From NCBI GenBank assembly GCA_002269645.1, contig NIVC01000385.1:310001-374000 (forward strand): DNA of 64,000 nucleotides, given 5' to 3'. The notes under the pieces were generated by a model. That model made no database searches and had not been told where the DNA came from. It was given only the letters and a program-made list of their open reading frames with translations. The DNA is from Macrostomum lignano (Eukaryota). A program made the position numbers and the translations under genes. Below, piece after piece: positions 1 to 11,895 of the stretch; positions within the stretch are counted from its first letter, which is position 1; every line of letters starts with the position of its first letter.

Positions 1-150
1 ACACTGAGCACTTGTGAGTGAGCACTGGAATGCATTTCATAGTGTGACTGAACTCACACTGAGCACTTGTGAGTGAGCACTGTAATGCATTTCATAGTGT
101 GACTGAACTCACACTGAGCACTAGTGAGTGAGCACTGGAAACAGTGTAAT
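1..150 (-). repeat. 55-bp tandem repeat, an inverted copy of the array at 11165-11895; truncated by the window start
   Basis: The reverse complement reads gagttcagtcacactatgaaatgcattccagtgctcactcacaagtgctcagtgt, matching the 11.2-11.9 kb unit. About 2.5 units are visible. Confidence 0.9.
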
Positions 151-759
151 GCATTTTACAATACATTAGACTAAATGAAGAAATGAAAAGAAGCTATCAC
201 TTACGCAGAAAATAAATTTCAAAAGAAGTCTTAGAAACCATGCTCTGATTAGGTATGCTGTTTTGCTCCAGAAAAAGCAGGTGAGTTTGAATGACTTCTA
301 AGCCACCCTGCTGCTGCTACATGTATTTGAGGAGCTAAACTTCAGCATTCAGAAAAGAGTAACTTTCTGAATGTGATTCGACGATGTGGATCAATAATTT
401 TTCTTTCGAACAGCCAACCAATCACATCTGTTTTGCTGACTTTGACTCGAACGTGTAAATTTGTATTGGATTTGAGTCAACAGCCAATAAAGTGAACCAC
501 AAAAGATAACCTTATCAAACATCCGACAGGTTGTGCTTGGTTGTGTACACAGTCGGAACATCTGACACAGTAGTGACTTAAATGTATCGTTTACCTTTCC
601 GTCTTAATCACCAGCGCTTGAATTTTTTTTGATTTCGCAAATTCTTTAATGTCAACATTTGCTGAGTTCTGTGAGAAATGAGGCAGTGATCTTAATAAAC
701 ACCACAGCACGTTATTTTAAAAGTGCCTTGTCTTGGCATAAAAGAAACCAAAATACTGA

Positions 760-1310
760 ACTGCTACTTACAGTAATGTTGTGCAATCGTGCCCTTTTTC
801 GCTCTCTCTCTCTCTGTGGGCTGTACACTGGATGGTTAAGAAGCCGAAAACCGGGTTCTTCCACTTTGGCTTCAGTGCGAGCAGCAGCATGAGCACGGGC
901 ATTGTCCCAGAGGATGAAGGGCCTCTGGCGCATGATGCGCCGCTTGCTCAGAACGGCATCGCACAGGCGATGAAGCTGACTAATGATGTAATCAGCGTTA
1001 ATCGTCTGACCTTGAGGCAGGTAGTTCACCATCAAACCAAACAGTGCACATGATATTCTGCGTCCATGCCGACTTCATCGCCTTTTGGTGTGGATGGCAT
1101 CCCTTTGGACCTCAATGCATGGACTGCTGCTTGATCAAAGGTTAAACATTGGCAGTGGCGTCAAATTCCTTTAACTTACTGTCGCCGAGCTCATTCCACA
1201 ATCTGTGAGTACTCTTCGTGTTGCAGAGTGCGACACACGGATGAGTTGTGGATGCCACAAGCACTTGCCATTTCACGCACACTTGCAGACGGATTCTTCA
1301 TTAAATAATC
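760..1310 (-). mobile_element. Degenerate mariner (Tc1/mariner) transposase fragment
   Basis: The minus-strand translation shows an HTH-like SVREMASACGIHNSSVCRTL, then MCTVWFD, YLPQGQTINADY, WDNARAH and HPVYSP (the mariner HDNARPH and HPPYSPDL motifs). It is frameshifted and broken by a (GA)n tract after YSP. Confidence 0.85.
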
Positions 1311-2634
1311 CAGAACAGAAGTCCAGTCATCAGAACCAAGGGCCACTAGCATATATAAGAGGACGTAAAACTCACGATTCGTGGAAAAATGGTTGAAGGC
1401 CGATTTTCGACGAAAAATGCTTTAGCGAGATGGGAATTTTATACTTTTTAACTTAAAAAGTTAAGTAACACCTTGACCATACTATATCGTTGCAAGACAT
1501 CAAAATATTTGTTTCCATTGAACAGCATGACGGTGCCCGATAGGTACCCACTTCCGCATATCCAGAATTTTCACCACCAACTTCGTGGCAGCAGCGTGTT
1601 CAGCAGATTGGACTTGGTCAAGGCCTACCATTTCATACTAGTTGCCGAGGAGGATATTTCCAAAACAGCAACCTGCACGCCATTCGGCTCTTTTGAATAC
1701 GTCCGGATGCCATTCGGGTTGCGCAACACCGGCAGCACATTTCAACGCTTCATCGATTCGCTGTTTCGAGAGCTGACCTGTGTCATCACATACGTTGACG
1801 ATATACTGATTCACAGCAAGTCAGAGGCAGACCATCACAACGACATTCAGATCGTGCTGCAACGCCTACACAAAGAGGGGCTCCAAGTTCAACCCGCAAA
1901 ATACCAATTCTTTCAGAGTAGCATCGAATTTCTCGGTCATTTAGTCTCCAAAGACGGAGTACAGCCACTACCATCCCGCGTGGAAGCGCTGTGACAGCTG
2001 TCACCTCCAGCAGACTTCAAGAGCCTTCAGCGCGTTCTCAGCATGTTCGATTTCTACCAGCGCCATATTCCGAAATACGCAAGCATTGTGCAACCGCTGC
2101 GATCGGGCTCACCGAAATCGATTATCATTGGCAAGCAGAACATGACGCCGCCTTCCGAGAGCTCCAGGATAGCCTAGCGGAAGATTGCTTGCCCAGGCTG
2201 CAGCAAGAGCATCTCGAAGGCAAATATAGCAAGACACTGGAAAGTCTGCACCGCGGAACCGACTCAAAGCCAATGAATGGCATGCCTCCTAGGAGGTCGA
2301 ATGGCCATACAAGGACAAGGACAAGGATAGCCTAGCGGCAGCGGTAACTTTCGCCTTTCCGACCCCAACTGGTTCATTTACCATCACGTCGGACGCCAGC
2401 TCGTTCGCATTGTGCGCCAGTTTGCACCAAAATATAGACGGCGATTCGGTCCCCACTGCGTTCTATTCACGGAAACTCACCAAAGCGGAAACGGCATACA
2501 GCGCGTTCGACCGTGAACTTCTAGGCGTGTTTGCCGCCGTCAAGACATGGCGAAACATCATTCAAGGCCACCACACGACCGTGTTTCGCGACCACAAGCC
2601 GTTAGTCGGTTCATTCAACAGCAATAAGGAGTGC

Positions 2635-5600
2635 CAGGGAAGCCTCTTTGTTCGCTTCGCTCACCAGGAAACGACACTCACATGGCCCCTCCCCACTTCC
2701 TCTACAAGTTTAGTCTCGTTTTGGGAACTTGGAAGCAAAGAATTTTTGTCCTTCGTTTACTGTACACTGAATTACTCACATCTTTTCTATGTTATGCCTA
2801 TATCTTCTCGTGCAGGATATCATTTAGGCAGCAAAAAACAACTGATATCAACTCACTCTGAGCAATTCTCTGATTTTCTAAACTCTAATTTTTTTATCGA
2901 ACATTTGCATAATACATCATGGGATACAAGTGCTGTGTTCCAGCTTGTGTTGCTAATTTGCCTCGGTATAAGAAGGACCCGACTGTTTCCATCCACAAGT
3001 TGCCTATTATCGAAAATCTGGATCTGCTGAACAAGTGGATCGCTACAATTCCTCGACAATGGACTGAGGCCGAGCTGTGTAAGCTGCGGTCTGACCCAAG
3101 TCACAACTATCGGGTTTGCTCTCTGCATTTTCCAGGTAAGTTTTTTGTGACTGTCTCTGCGGATTCCATCCCAAATCGCAAAAGGCCGGCATCTGACGAT
3201 CCATCGACTGCTACTGCTAAGCTGAAAAACCGGCGTCTGACAGATGATGCTGTGCCGTGCATCTTCTCGAATGTTGCATCCGGAGGCCGTTGAGCAAGGC
3301 CGTCCCGGAAGAGAGGCAAACGGTTTGTACATCGGCTGAGAGCCGTGGAGAGAACGACATTCAGCGTTGCGGGTAGAAGCAGAGGAGCTTCTACAAAAGG
3401 ATGTGATTTCTGACTTCCACGCTATTGGGTCATACGATCTACCAGATCATCTAAGGCGCTTTTTCAAGGTGATCTCTGAATCTAGGTTAACCTTTTTTAC
3501 AACTAGAATGTCCGGTGCCGGCAACTTGGAGATCGCCACATCGCTGAATGTTGGCCAATAGCTGCTGTTTGAGGTCACAGTTGGTGGTGATAAGCAAGCC
3601 TCTTTTGCTGGAGATCTGGTAGCTGATGGCAATCTTAAAACCTTTGCCCAACTTGAAAACATCCTAGCTAGGCTAAAAAATGTCCGTTTGGAAGATTGCC
3701 GGCATGGTTATGAGGAGCACCTCTTACTAGCTCAGGAGGCAGTCACGAAAGCTATCACCGACTTGTCAGCTAAGATTGAAGTCAAGAGTGATCAAGAGCT
3801 GGATACATCCATTGAGGAGGCTGCTTTTGCTAAACTGAATTTTCTTGTCGAGCAGCTAAGCTTTTCAAGTTTGAAGAAGGGGAAGCTAACATACTCCAGC
3901 GAGCTGGAGTATGCAGCACCACAGCCCATCAGCGTACAATTTCATTCGGAAATCCAACACAGTCAACCTCCCAAGTGTTAGGCATCTGCAGAGGCTTTCT
4001 TCCGGATTGAGCAATGACCCTGACATCAAGGCTACCGGATTATCTCAAGCTAAAAGTTTACAGCCTGCCTGAGTCTGAGAGGGTAGTGCTTCTTGCAATC
4101 GACGAAATTTATTCGTCGAAGCGAATGGAATTCAGTGGAGGGAAGGTATTTGGCACTGACTCAGAAACCGATGAGCTCGCCAAAACTGTGTGCGCTTTTT
4201 TTATCAAGTCGCTGCATGGGGACTTCCAGGAAGTAATTTCTCTTATTACAAAAAGTAGGCTTAGTGCTCTGGACTTGCAAAATCACCTCACTGACTGCCT
4301 TGCTCTGCTTGATAGGGTTCACCTGAAGCCAGCGGTGTGCATTGTCGACAACTAATTCAAGGTCTTCTATGCAAAGGCAAGCTGCAATCATCAATTCCAA
4401 ATCCGGTGTTTGGCGAGCCGCTGTTCCTTCCCTTCGACCCTGTACACAACTTTAAGAACATCTTGAACAATTGGATTTCGCGCCAGGTGTTTCATGCTGG
4501 GTGGGCTACAGGGGAATGAGAGCTTTGTGTATGTAGCTCGTACACTGTAGCAATTTCCGGACTTCACCGATTCCCAGAAAATCCAAACAGCAGATTTTCG
4601 CGATTTGCACAAACTTCATCAACAAGAACTTGGGCAACCAGCTCAGATCGCCTTTCAACTGAATACAAGGTCCTTGAATCCAACGAATCTGGAGAAGACT
4701 AATGTTCAGCACGCAGCCAGCATCTTCAGCGAGTCTACTGTAGAAGCAGCAAAGTTCTACAATTTTTCCTCTGGCTTGGTAGCTTTTCTAGCTAGCGCTC
4801 ATTCTTAACATGTGGACGGTCTGGAATGTCAAGACCACTAGGAAAGCGAAGGAAAAGCGGCTTCCCGACGCCGCTCCGCTGGTGCCAAACGATCACCGCC
4901 TCGACAAGCTGCGCCAGTTTGCCGCTTTCTTCCAACGTTGGGAGGATTCGAAGTTGCCCGGCTTGACTGCTCCCACTTTCCTTGCTGTTAAGTCCTGCTG
5001 TCTCACTCTTGCTGATCTTTCCGAGCACCTTTTCTCTAGGTATTTATTTCCCTCTGTTTTGACAGGTAGGATAGTCAGTTACTGGATCGAGCGGCGTTTC
5101 ACGGAGACAACTATTTTGTTTCTGTCCGGCAGATCCTTCAAGCCGAGAAGAAAATTCGCGTTTCCAGCCTGCTTCAGTTTCATGGCCTTGGACTGAAAGA
5201 TTTAAAAATTCTTGACCAGGCGAGTTCATCCGAGTTTTTTAATCCACTCTTATCCGTGAAGCTTCCCGGTCTCCAGCATCTTGACGCCGCTCTTACATCT
5301 AGTGACCGAAACATTTGTTCCTATCTTGGTGGCTATGTGTCTAAAGCTCTATGCGGCCAGCTGAAGTGCACTGACTGCAAGAATCTTCTACTTACTAACG
5401 ATTACTTGGAGTTTATTGCCCAAGAGGACTGTGCTGACGACTTTGCCCTGATTCAAATGCGTGACCGAGGCGGTCTGAAGTGCCCCAGCAAATTCGTATT
5501 TTTTCTTTTTTTCCTACTTCGTGTTTGGACATCTGCGAGAAAATGGTCTATTAACTGCTGATCTTCTCACCTCTGGTAATTTACGCTCGTAGTTCAAAAT

Positions 5601-6126
5601 ATTGTTGAGCTCTGCCAGGACTACGTGAGTGAATCCACTGATTTTACGACCCTTTCAAGCCGGACTTGCAGTTGTGGAAAGGCAGCTGCTACTCTTTCCT
5701 TGCGGATCTTAATTCCTGCATTCCGGATTTATCTAAATAATTTTGTCAATGAGAAAAACGATGAGAAGGCGAAGAACCAGAAGGCGACGAATCGTAAGGC
5801 GTCCAAACTTTCCAGCAAGAGTTTGAGTTAGCTGTTTAATATGCGTTTTAACGAGAGAAGCCCAGATTTTAAGCCGAAAATTTTCCTTTTTGTGTATAAT
5901 ATTTAATGACGATTTTTTTTCAGTTTTATTTATTTGTTGTATAATTTGTAATTGCAGCCTTCTATTTTCCAAATAAACACGTATCAATTATACACTTTTT
6001 CATTCTGAGCGCACTGAAATAAGTGGGCTCTCGGGTAGTCTGGGGAAGAAAAACGAGACCCAAATTGTATAGGCACGATTTCAGTGTCGCTTCCTGGTGA
6101 GCGAAGCGAACAAAGAGGCTTCCCTG
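2635..6126 (+). mobile_element. P-superfamily DNA transposon (THAP9-like), 3492 bp, with both TIRs and a TSD
   Basis: 46-bp TIRs: CAGGGAAGCCTCTTTGTTCGCTTCGCTCACCAGGAAACGACACTCA at 2635 versus its reverse complement ending at 6126 (44/46 identical). 7-bp TSD GGAGTGC (2628-2634) and GGAGCGC (6127-6133). Confidence 0.93.
2919..5831 (+). pseudogene. THAP-domain P-element transposase, frameshifted
   Basis: THAP C2CH zinc finger (MGYKCCVPAC...W...VCSLHF...AVPCIF). P-transposase motifs in successive frames: LLAIDEIY, CIVDN, FDPVHNFKNILNNW, LNPTNLEKTNVQHAASIFS, YLGGYV...CTDC, DRGGLKCPS. Several indels and stops. Confidence 0.88.
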
Positions 6127-6479
6127 GGAGCGCCTATCCGATCGGCAGCAGCGCCAGTTGGCCACTACTCAGAATATGTGAGGTTGTGCTAGCACTGCAC
6201 GACATCGCCCTCCCAGGTGTGAAGGCCACGCTGCGTTTAGTCGCCCACCGGACGACCAGGGTCACTCGCCATTCTCAATCTTCACGGGAGAACAGCCGCT
6301 AGTTCCAGCAGTTACAACTGATGACGCCGACCAGCGTCAGCTGTCGACTCAACTACACGACCTGTTTTTCCCGTACCGCCTGCCGCGGACCCGTCAGCAG
6401 CCTGTCCACATACCTCCGGAGCTGGAGTCCTGCGAGTTCATGTGGCTCCGAGTTGACAGAGTTAAGCAACCACTCGAGG

Positions 6480-6841
6480 GTCAGGGGGGCCGTAGCCCAG
6501 CGGTAGCGCAGCTGCTCTGGTGTGCCGCGACCCAGGCTCGATTCCAAGTGCAGCCACATTAATTTGGGGCTGAATTGGAATTTCGGCTTGGCTCGCTTGT
6601 GCAATTAACGGCCTTGAGAGCCAACCCCCCAAGGCGCAGTGAAGTGTACATGCCTAACAATATAAAGTTAGGGCCGCTGTACACTCCTGTGTGAGTGTGT
6701 GCCTGCGTAACGTATCCGCGCGCTTGTATGCCTGCTCAGGGGAGTCGGCGGAATGGGCAGTAATGCCTCTCGCCGGTTGTGTGCCTATGTCGCTTAAAGT
6801 GCGCCAGGGTGCACACAACCCCCCTGCCTCTAAAAAAAAAA
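6480..6841 (+). mobile_element. tRNA-derived SINE (family A), full length, inserted in the gypsy integrase
   Basis: The head GGGGCCGTAGCCCAGCGGTAG...GGCTCGATTCC carries A and B boxes. It has a poly-A tail and a 12-bp TSD AACCACTCGAGG at 6468-6479 and 6842-6853. The integrase frame resumes across the insertion. Confidence 0.9.
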
Positions 6842-9370
6842 AACCACTCGAGGCGCCATATCAAGGACCCTACAAGATGTTGCGACGCTCAGCGACCACC
6901 GTGACGCTCCTCATAAAAGGCAAGCCCCAGGCCGTTTCTATCGAGAGAGTGAAGCCGGCATTGCTACCAGGAGACAGTCAGCGCCAGACCCGAGCAATGA
7001 CGAGAGAGGCACGACCGGATAATGCATGGACTGCATGCTGCTTGATTGAAATTGATTCCTTGGCCAGAACTTGCCTGCGCTCGAGCGCGGACGACCAGAT
7101 CGAGGGGCATCGGCAACCTTAGAGACATCATTAACAGCGAGCTGGCGATGCTCAAAACTTGGGTGCGGCCAACAGCATGAACAACAAAGACATTGCGAAC
7201 CTCATCGAAGGTCTGCGTTGCCGTTTTGCCTTGCCGTTGGCATGCCATGATGAAGTTGCGCTGGCTCTCTTTTGATCCAAGCTCCGATAGATCTTTTTGG
7301 TCGACTCATTTTAACTTTTAATCGTATTTTTTAGTTTCTATAAGTGAAAAATTCCCCCATACTTGTCTACAAAAAGTGCTCGGCAAACTGCATCGACTAC
7401 CGCGGTGTAAGTTCGTGAGTTCTTTTCCTACTTCTACCTAGGGCGCGGGACGGGAGCCCTGACTGGGGACCTGGGGTCGCAGCTTCCCAACTGGTTATAG
7501 GCTTCAGGCGTCGCTCCGGACGAAGGGGCGCACAACAGTAACATATTTGGAGCATTCGAAAAGCTTGGGGAGAATTCCCCGCAGACGAATTGCCCGCCGA
7601 GATATCCCCGCAGGAGATTTGCCTGCAAAGTTTTTTCCTGCAGAGCTTTTTTTAGTCACGCGGCAGATTTTGTCTGCTTGCCCTCCAATGCTTTAATAAG
7701 TTTTAATAAGAGGTTTAGCCGAGCAGAACGTTTCGATTGTAACTGCATATCAAATGCATGTTTTTCTTGTGGGTTTTCATTTCTATATGCATGCACGGGT
7801 AACATCGGGGAGCTATTAATTCATGCATATTCGCTCGGGGATAATTCTCATGGACCCAAAAATGGCGTGTATTATAGCTTGATCACGTTATTGCACTTCG
7901 GTTTAAACTTGATGAATTTGCTCTTGTTAATTTTTAGCAAGCCAGCGTGAAAGGATATAAAAGACAAATATTGTTTGACGTGTTATCAGATTGTCATTTA
8001 AAAATGTTTTCATGAAAATTGTCACTATAGCTACTTGCTTTACCGGAATTTTCGCCTGTTACCCATGGTAAATTATGCATATTTTTATTAATATTTTATT
8101 CATTTATTAGCCCTGTACCTGTAGGTCAATTTCACAAGTTTTCAATCGTATAAGTATAGCATTCACCTACGAATGATTACAAACTGAAAAGTGTTTTGGA
8201 TTATTTTTTAAGAAAATCCATGCATATCTATCGTATAAATGTCACAAATCTACTCGTATATGTTTTAGCCGAGCAAGCTATACGAGCATACAATACAAAA
8301 TATTCTTTATTTTCTGACTGTGCATCTTCTCTTCCTATGTAGAGGATTTAGGAGTACAATATATCACATTAGTATATTTGAGAATTTTCAAAATAAATGC
8401 ATTTCGCCTACTGTTAGTAGTTATATCATATAACTTACAAAATAGTAAGTGACTTCAACTAAATGTGACTCTCTACAGGGCCAAACATCTCGGTGCTAAA
8501 AATGCCCTATTCATTATACAGATAGAAACCATCAGCTGCTATAAGAACGGAAAGCTCAGCAATATCTATCAGAGTACTGTGTACAACAGCAGGCACAAGG
8601 AAATGAAAAAAATTGTGGACAAGCTTTACTGTAAAAAATTGCAACATCGAAAAGGCTTTTTAGCTTATTAGGACTTCATGTACTTAATTGCACGTATATA
8701 TACTGGGGACATTCATGGTTCATGGGGACAAACAGATTCTTAGCTACTGCCTACTGCCTCCTCTCTGACGCCTTCAGAAACTAAGAAACAAAGCAGGTGG
8801 GGGGGGGGGCGAAGCTTCATTGTTTCTCCGCTGGGGCTCCAAGCGTGAGGAGACTGGTAAAGAGCTATATTGTGTGTACGCTACTTTTGTGCAAGTCTAC
8901 GCTTAGAAATAGGTAGTTTCTGTTGCAGAAAAGCTAAGCACTTCAAGAATTCTTTAGTTAATGCTTGCTTGCTTGATATAGTCTCTGCAATCCGGCAAGC
9001 TGCATTCCCTTAGTTACCATGGCAACCGGGACTGCATCAAGACTTAGTGGGAGGAGAAAATAGAAGGAAGGCTGGAGCAATATGCCAAGGCCGCATCTGC
9101 ATTCAGAGCCATCCAGACTCGCAGCGCATTAGTAATGCATAAGATAGGAGATTGAAACAACAGAAGGACGGCTGCGTGGTCCCAGCAATATTTCTCCCCC
9201 GTGTGTAAGTTACTGCAGTTTTCTTAAATAAAACATATGGCTACGACATATTTGGTTCTGCAAGAAAGTTTTTAACTGTAAGCATACGAGCGTATGGTAC
9301 AAGCAAGCAAGCAAACAAACAAACAAACAAACAAACAAAAAAACCAAGCAAACAAAATAAATAAGAAGAA

Positions 9371-9672
9371 TTGATTACACCTGCCCAATTAAAGCCAGAT
9401 GTGCAACCGACAGCTCAGCCGCAGCTATTGCGCGGCGCATCTGAAGGCTGCGTACGGCTGTTCAGTCCAAGGACTGGGGGGTCGCCACACCCTCAATTAC
9501 CCCAGCTAATGCTGGCACCCATTTTACAGCTGGGTGAACTGAAGAAATCCAGAGTTGAGTGTCTTGCTCAAGGATACAAATTGCTCCGAGTGAGTCGAGA
9601 ATCGAACCCCCGACCTTTCAGTCGGGAGTCTGACGCTCTGACTACTACTATAGGCTACAATCCAGCGGTTCT
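9371..9672 (-). mobile_element. tRNA-derived CORE-like SINE (family B)
   Basis: The minus strand has a tRNA head (GTCAGAGCGTCAGACTCCCGACTGAAAGGTCGGGGGTTCGATTC), followed by TCCTTGAGCAAGACACTCAAC...CAGTTCACCCAGCTGTAAAATGGG. There are four copies in the window. Confidence 0.85.
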
Positions 9673-11164
9673 AACCACTAATCTACGACCTAGACTGCAA
9701 ACAAACACGCAAGCAAACAGCAAATATTGAATATTCGGCCTTGCAAGAATTGCAAAAAGAAATCACATTTTCCGGGGGATAAATTATCCTGGTTGTTTTC
9801 AACCTGACAACTGAGTGTGAATGAAGTATGAACTATAAGTGATTTTTTTACAAATTAACACTGAAATACAGGTTTAAGCGGATTTGAGGTGAATATCTCT
9901 TCCCCTGGGCCCCACGCTCTCATGTATTCTCAACAGCTTTATGTGAGCTAAAGTAGGGGACGGGAGGGGGGTTATGTTTGATTTTAATTACGCAGTGTTT
10001 TCTAGCCTTGCAATTTTAATAAAATATAATAAACTTTTTTGTTTAAAATCCCTGACCCTGTTCATGGACTTCTCAAGCTAGATGTCTGGGCAAAAGCAAA
10101 GCTTTTAATATGGACCATTTTTTATTTGTAGAACTACCAAAGGGGACGGTCATGATGAATAATCTCATTCGGGATGTCCATAGTCACTTGATGCCATCTG
10201 TTAAAGGTGCCGACGGCGTCGGGGTTATGACAGAATACTTTAGGAGGCTATAATTGAGTATTCCCGGTGGTTGAGGTTCGCCCCTCAGCGATGTCATAAA
10301 AATTCGCCACAGGGTTGTCAATGGTCAATCAGTGCCACCTGGTTGAAGGTCCAGAAGCTCCGCCTGGGTGAAGGCAAGTGACCAAAGAAGTCAGAGATGA
10401 TGCAGACACATGTTGTCGACGTGCTGATGAAATTTGGAGACTTGGCAAGGCTGCACTGAGGCACAGGGGTGTATTGAGTACACTGGCGCTTATGGAAAAG
10501 ATCCGACCTTCCGTCAGAATCGTTGAATATCGTTGAACTATGGTGAAGTCCTGCAACATTCAGCCGAAGCATTTGGATAATAACTATTTATTCCAAGGGA
10601 TAAATATTGACTGATTTCGAATAAAGTTGCTTCAAAAAGTATAGTATGGAAACTAGTAAAAATTCAAATTAAAAACCTCTGGATCAGCAGAAGTCACGTG
10701 CCGATTCCAAACAATATCTGCATCACGTTTTGTTTTATCTAAACCCAGTGGGGAAGAATGATAATTTAATTGCAAAGACTATGCTGCAAAATCCACGTAC
10801 AAAAGGATTTTATTCCTCAGTATAAATTTTTACTGCTGTTGCCCACGCAGACAGGGCGGCGACGCTACCTGAGAAGCAATTTGCAAATTTATGGGACTCA
10901 GCAACAGCCAATCAAATGCTGGCACATCCCACATCCTTCAATCACCTGAATTGCAATAGAAAAGTTGTTCAAATACTGAGCACAAGTAGGAAACAGACGG
11001 TTTTAGGAAATCTCTCAATACGACATTAAACACTAGCTGGATTGAAAATGGAACACTCCGTTAGCTTTGAGCCAGGCAAGCTTATGCGTAAGTTTCACGG
11101 CATTCATCATATTTGCTCAAATTGTTCAAATCATTGTTTCTACAATCTGTGCTTTCTGGGGTAG

Positions 11165-11895
11165 CTCAGTCTGAGTTCAGTCACGCTGTAAACTGCATTC
11201 AAAAGTGCTCACTCACTATTCTGACTGCTCAGTCTGAGTTCAGTCACACTATGAAATGCATTGCAGTGCTCACTCACTAGTGCTCAGTGTGAGTTCAGTC
11301 ACACTATGAAATGCATTCCAGTGCTCACTCACTAGTGCTCAGTGTGAGTTCAGTCACGCTATGAAATGCATTCCAGTGCTCGTGCAGCTGCTCAGTCTGA
11401 GTTCAGTCACGCTATGAAATGCATTCCAGTGCTCACTCACTAGTGCTCAGTGTGAGTTCAGTCACGATATGAAATGCATTCCAGTGCTCACTCACTAGTG
11501 CTCAGTGTGAGTTCAGTCACACTATGAAATGCATTGCAGTGCTCACTCACTAGTGCTCAGTGTGAGTTCAGTCACGCTATGAAATGCATTCCAGTGCTCA
11601 CTCACTAGTGCTCAGTGTGAGTCCAGTCACGCTATGAAATGCATTCCAGTGCTCACTCACTAGTGCTCAGTGTGAGTTCAGTCACGCTGTAAACTGCATT
11701 CCCAGTGCTCACTCACTAGTGCTCAGTGTGAGTTCAGTCACACTATGAAATGCATTCCAGTGCTCACTCACTAGTGCTCAGTGTGAGTTCAGTCACACTA
11801 TGAAATGCATTCCAGTGCTCACTCACTAGTGCTCAGTGTGAGTTCAGTCACGCTATGAAATGCATTCCAGTGCTCGTGCAGCTGCTCAGTCTGAG
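11165..11895 (+). repeat. 55-bp tandem array (about 13 units) whose last unit contains the start codon of the Gly-rich protein gene
   Basis: Unit gagttcagtcacactATGaaatgcattccagtgctcactcacTAGtgctcagtgt. The last unit diverges into the open reading frame at 11855. Confidence 0.92.

Larger units (their letters stand above)
1517..7030 (+). mobile_element. Ty3/gypsy LTR-retrotransposon pol remnant (RT, RNase H, partial integrase), interrupted by a P element (2635-6126) and a SINE (6480-6841)
   Basis: RT motifs YPLP, RLDLVKAYH, MPFGLRN and YVDDIL. RNase H motifs SDAS, FYSRKL, FDRELL and DHKPL. Integrase LHDIALPGVKAT and C-terminal WLRVDRVKQPLEAPYQGPYK...VSIERVKPA (GPY/F). It has stops, frameshifts and internal deletions, and no LTRs were found. 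Confidence 0.92.

Noticed and set aside
7060-7250. Possible non-LTR RT fragment (SADD...INSELAMLKTW...NSM.N)
   Set aside because: Too short and frameshifted to call with confidence.
9040-9170. RTE-like RT C-terminal hint (EGRLEQYAKAASAFRAI)
   Set aside because: A single weak motif with no supporting flanks.
10140-10572. GC-balanced block with short minus-strand ORFs
   Set aside because: No recognisable motif or consistent splice model.
11165-11895. CRISPR-like appearance of regular arrays (also 19.9, 22.1, 43.2 and 60.2 kb)
   Set aside because: The units are contiguous with no unique spacers, the context is eukaryotic, and there are no cas genes.
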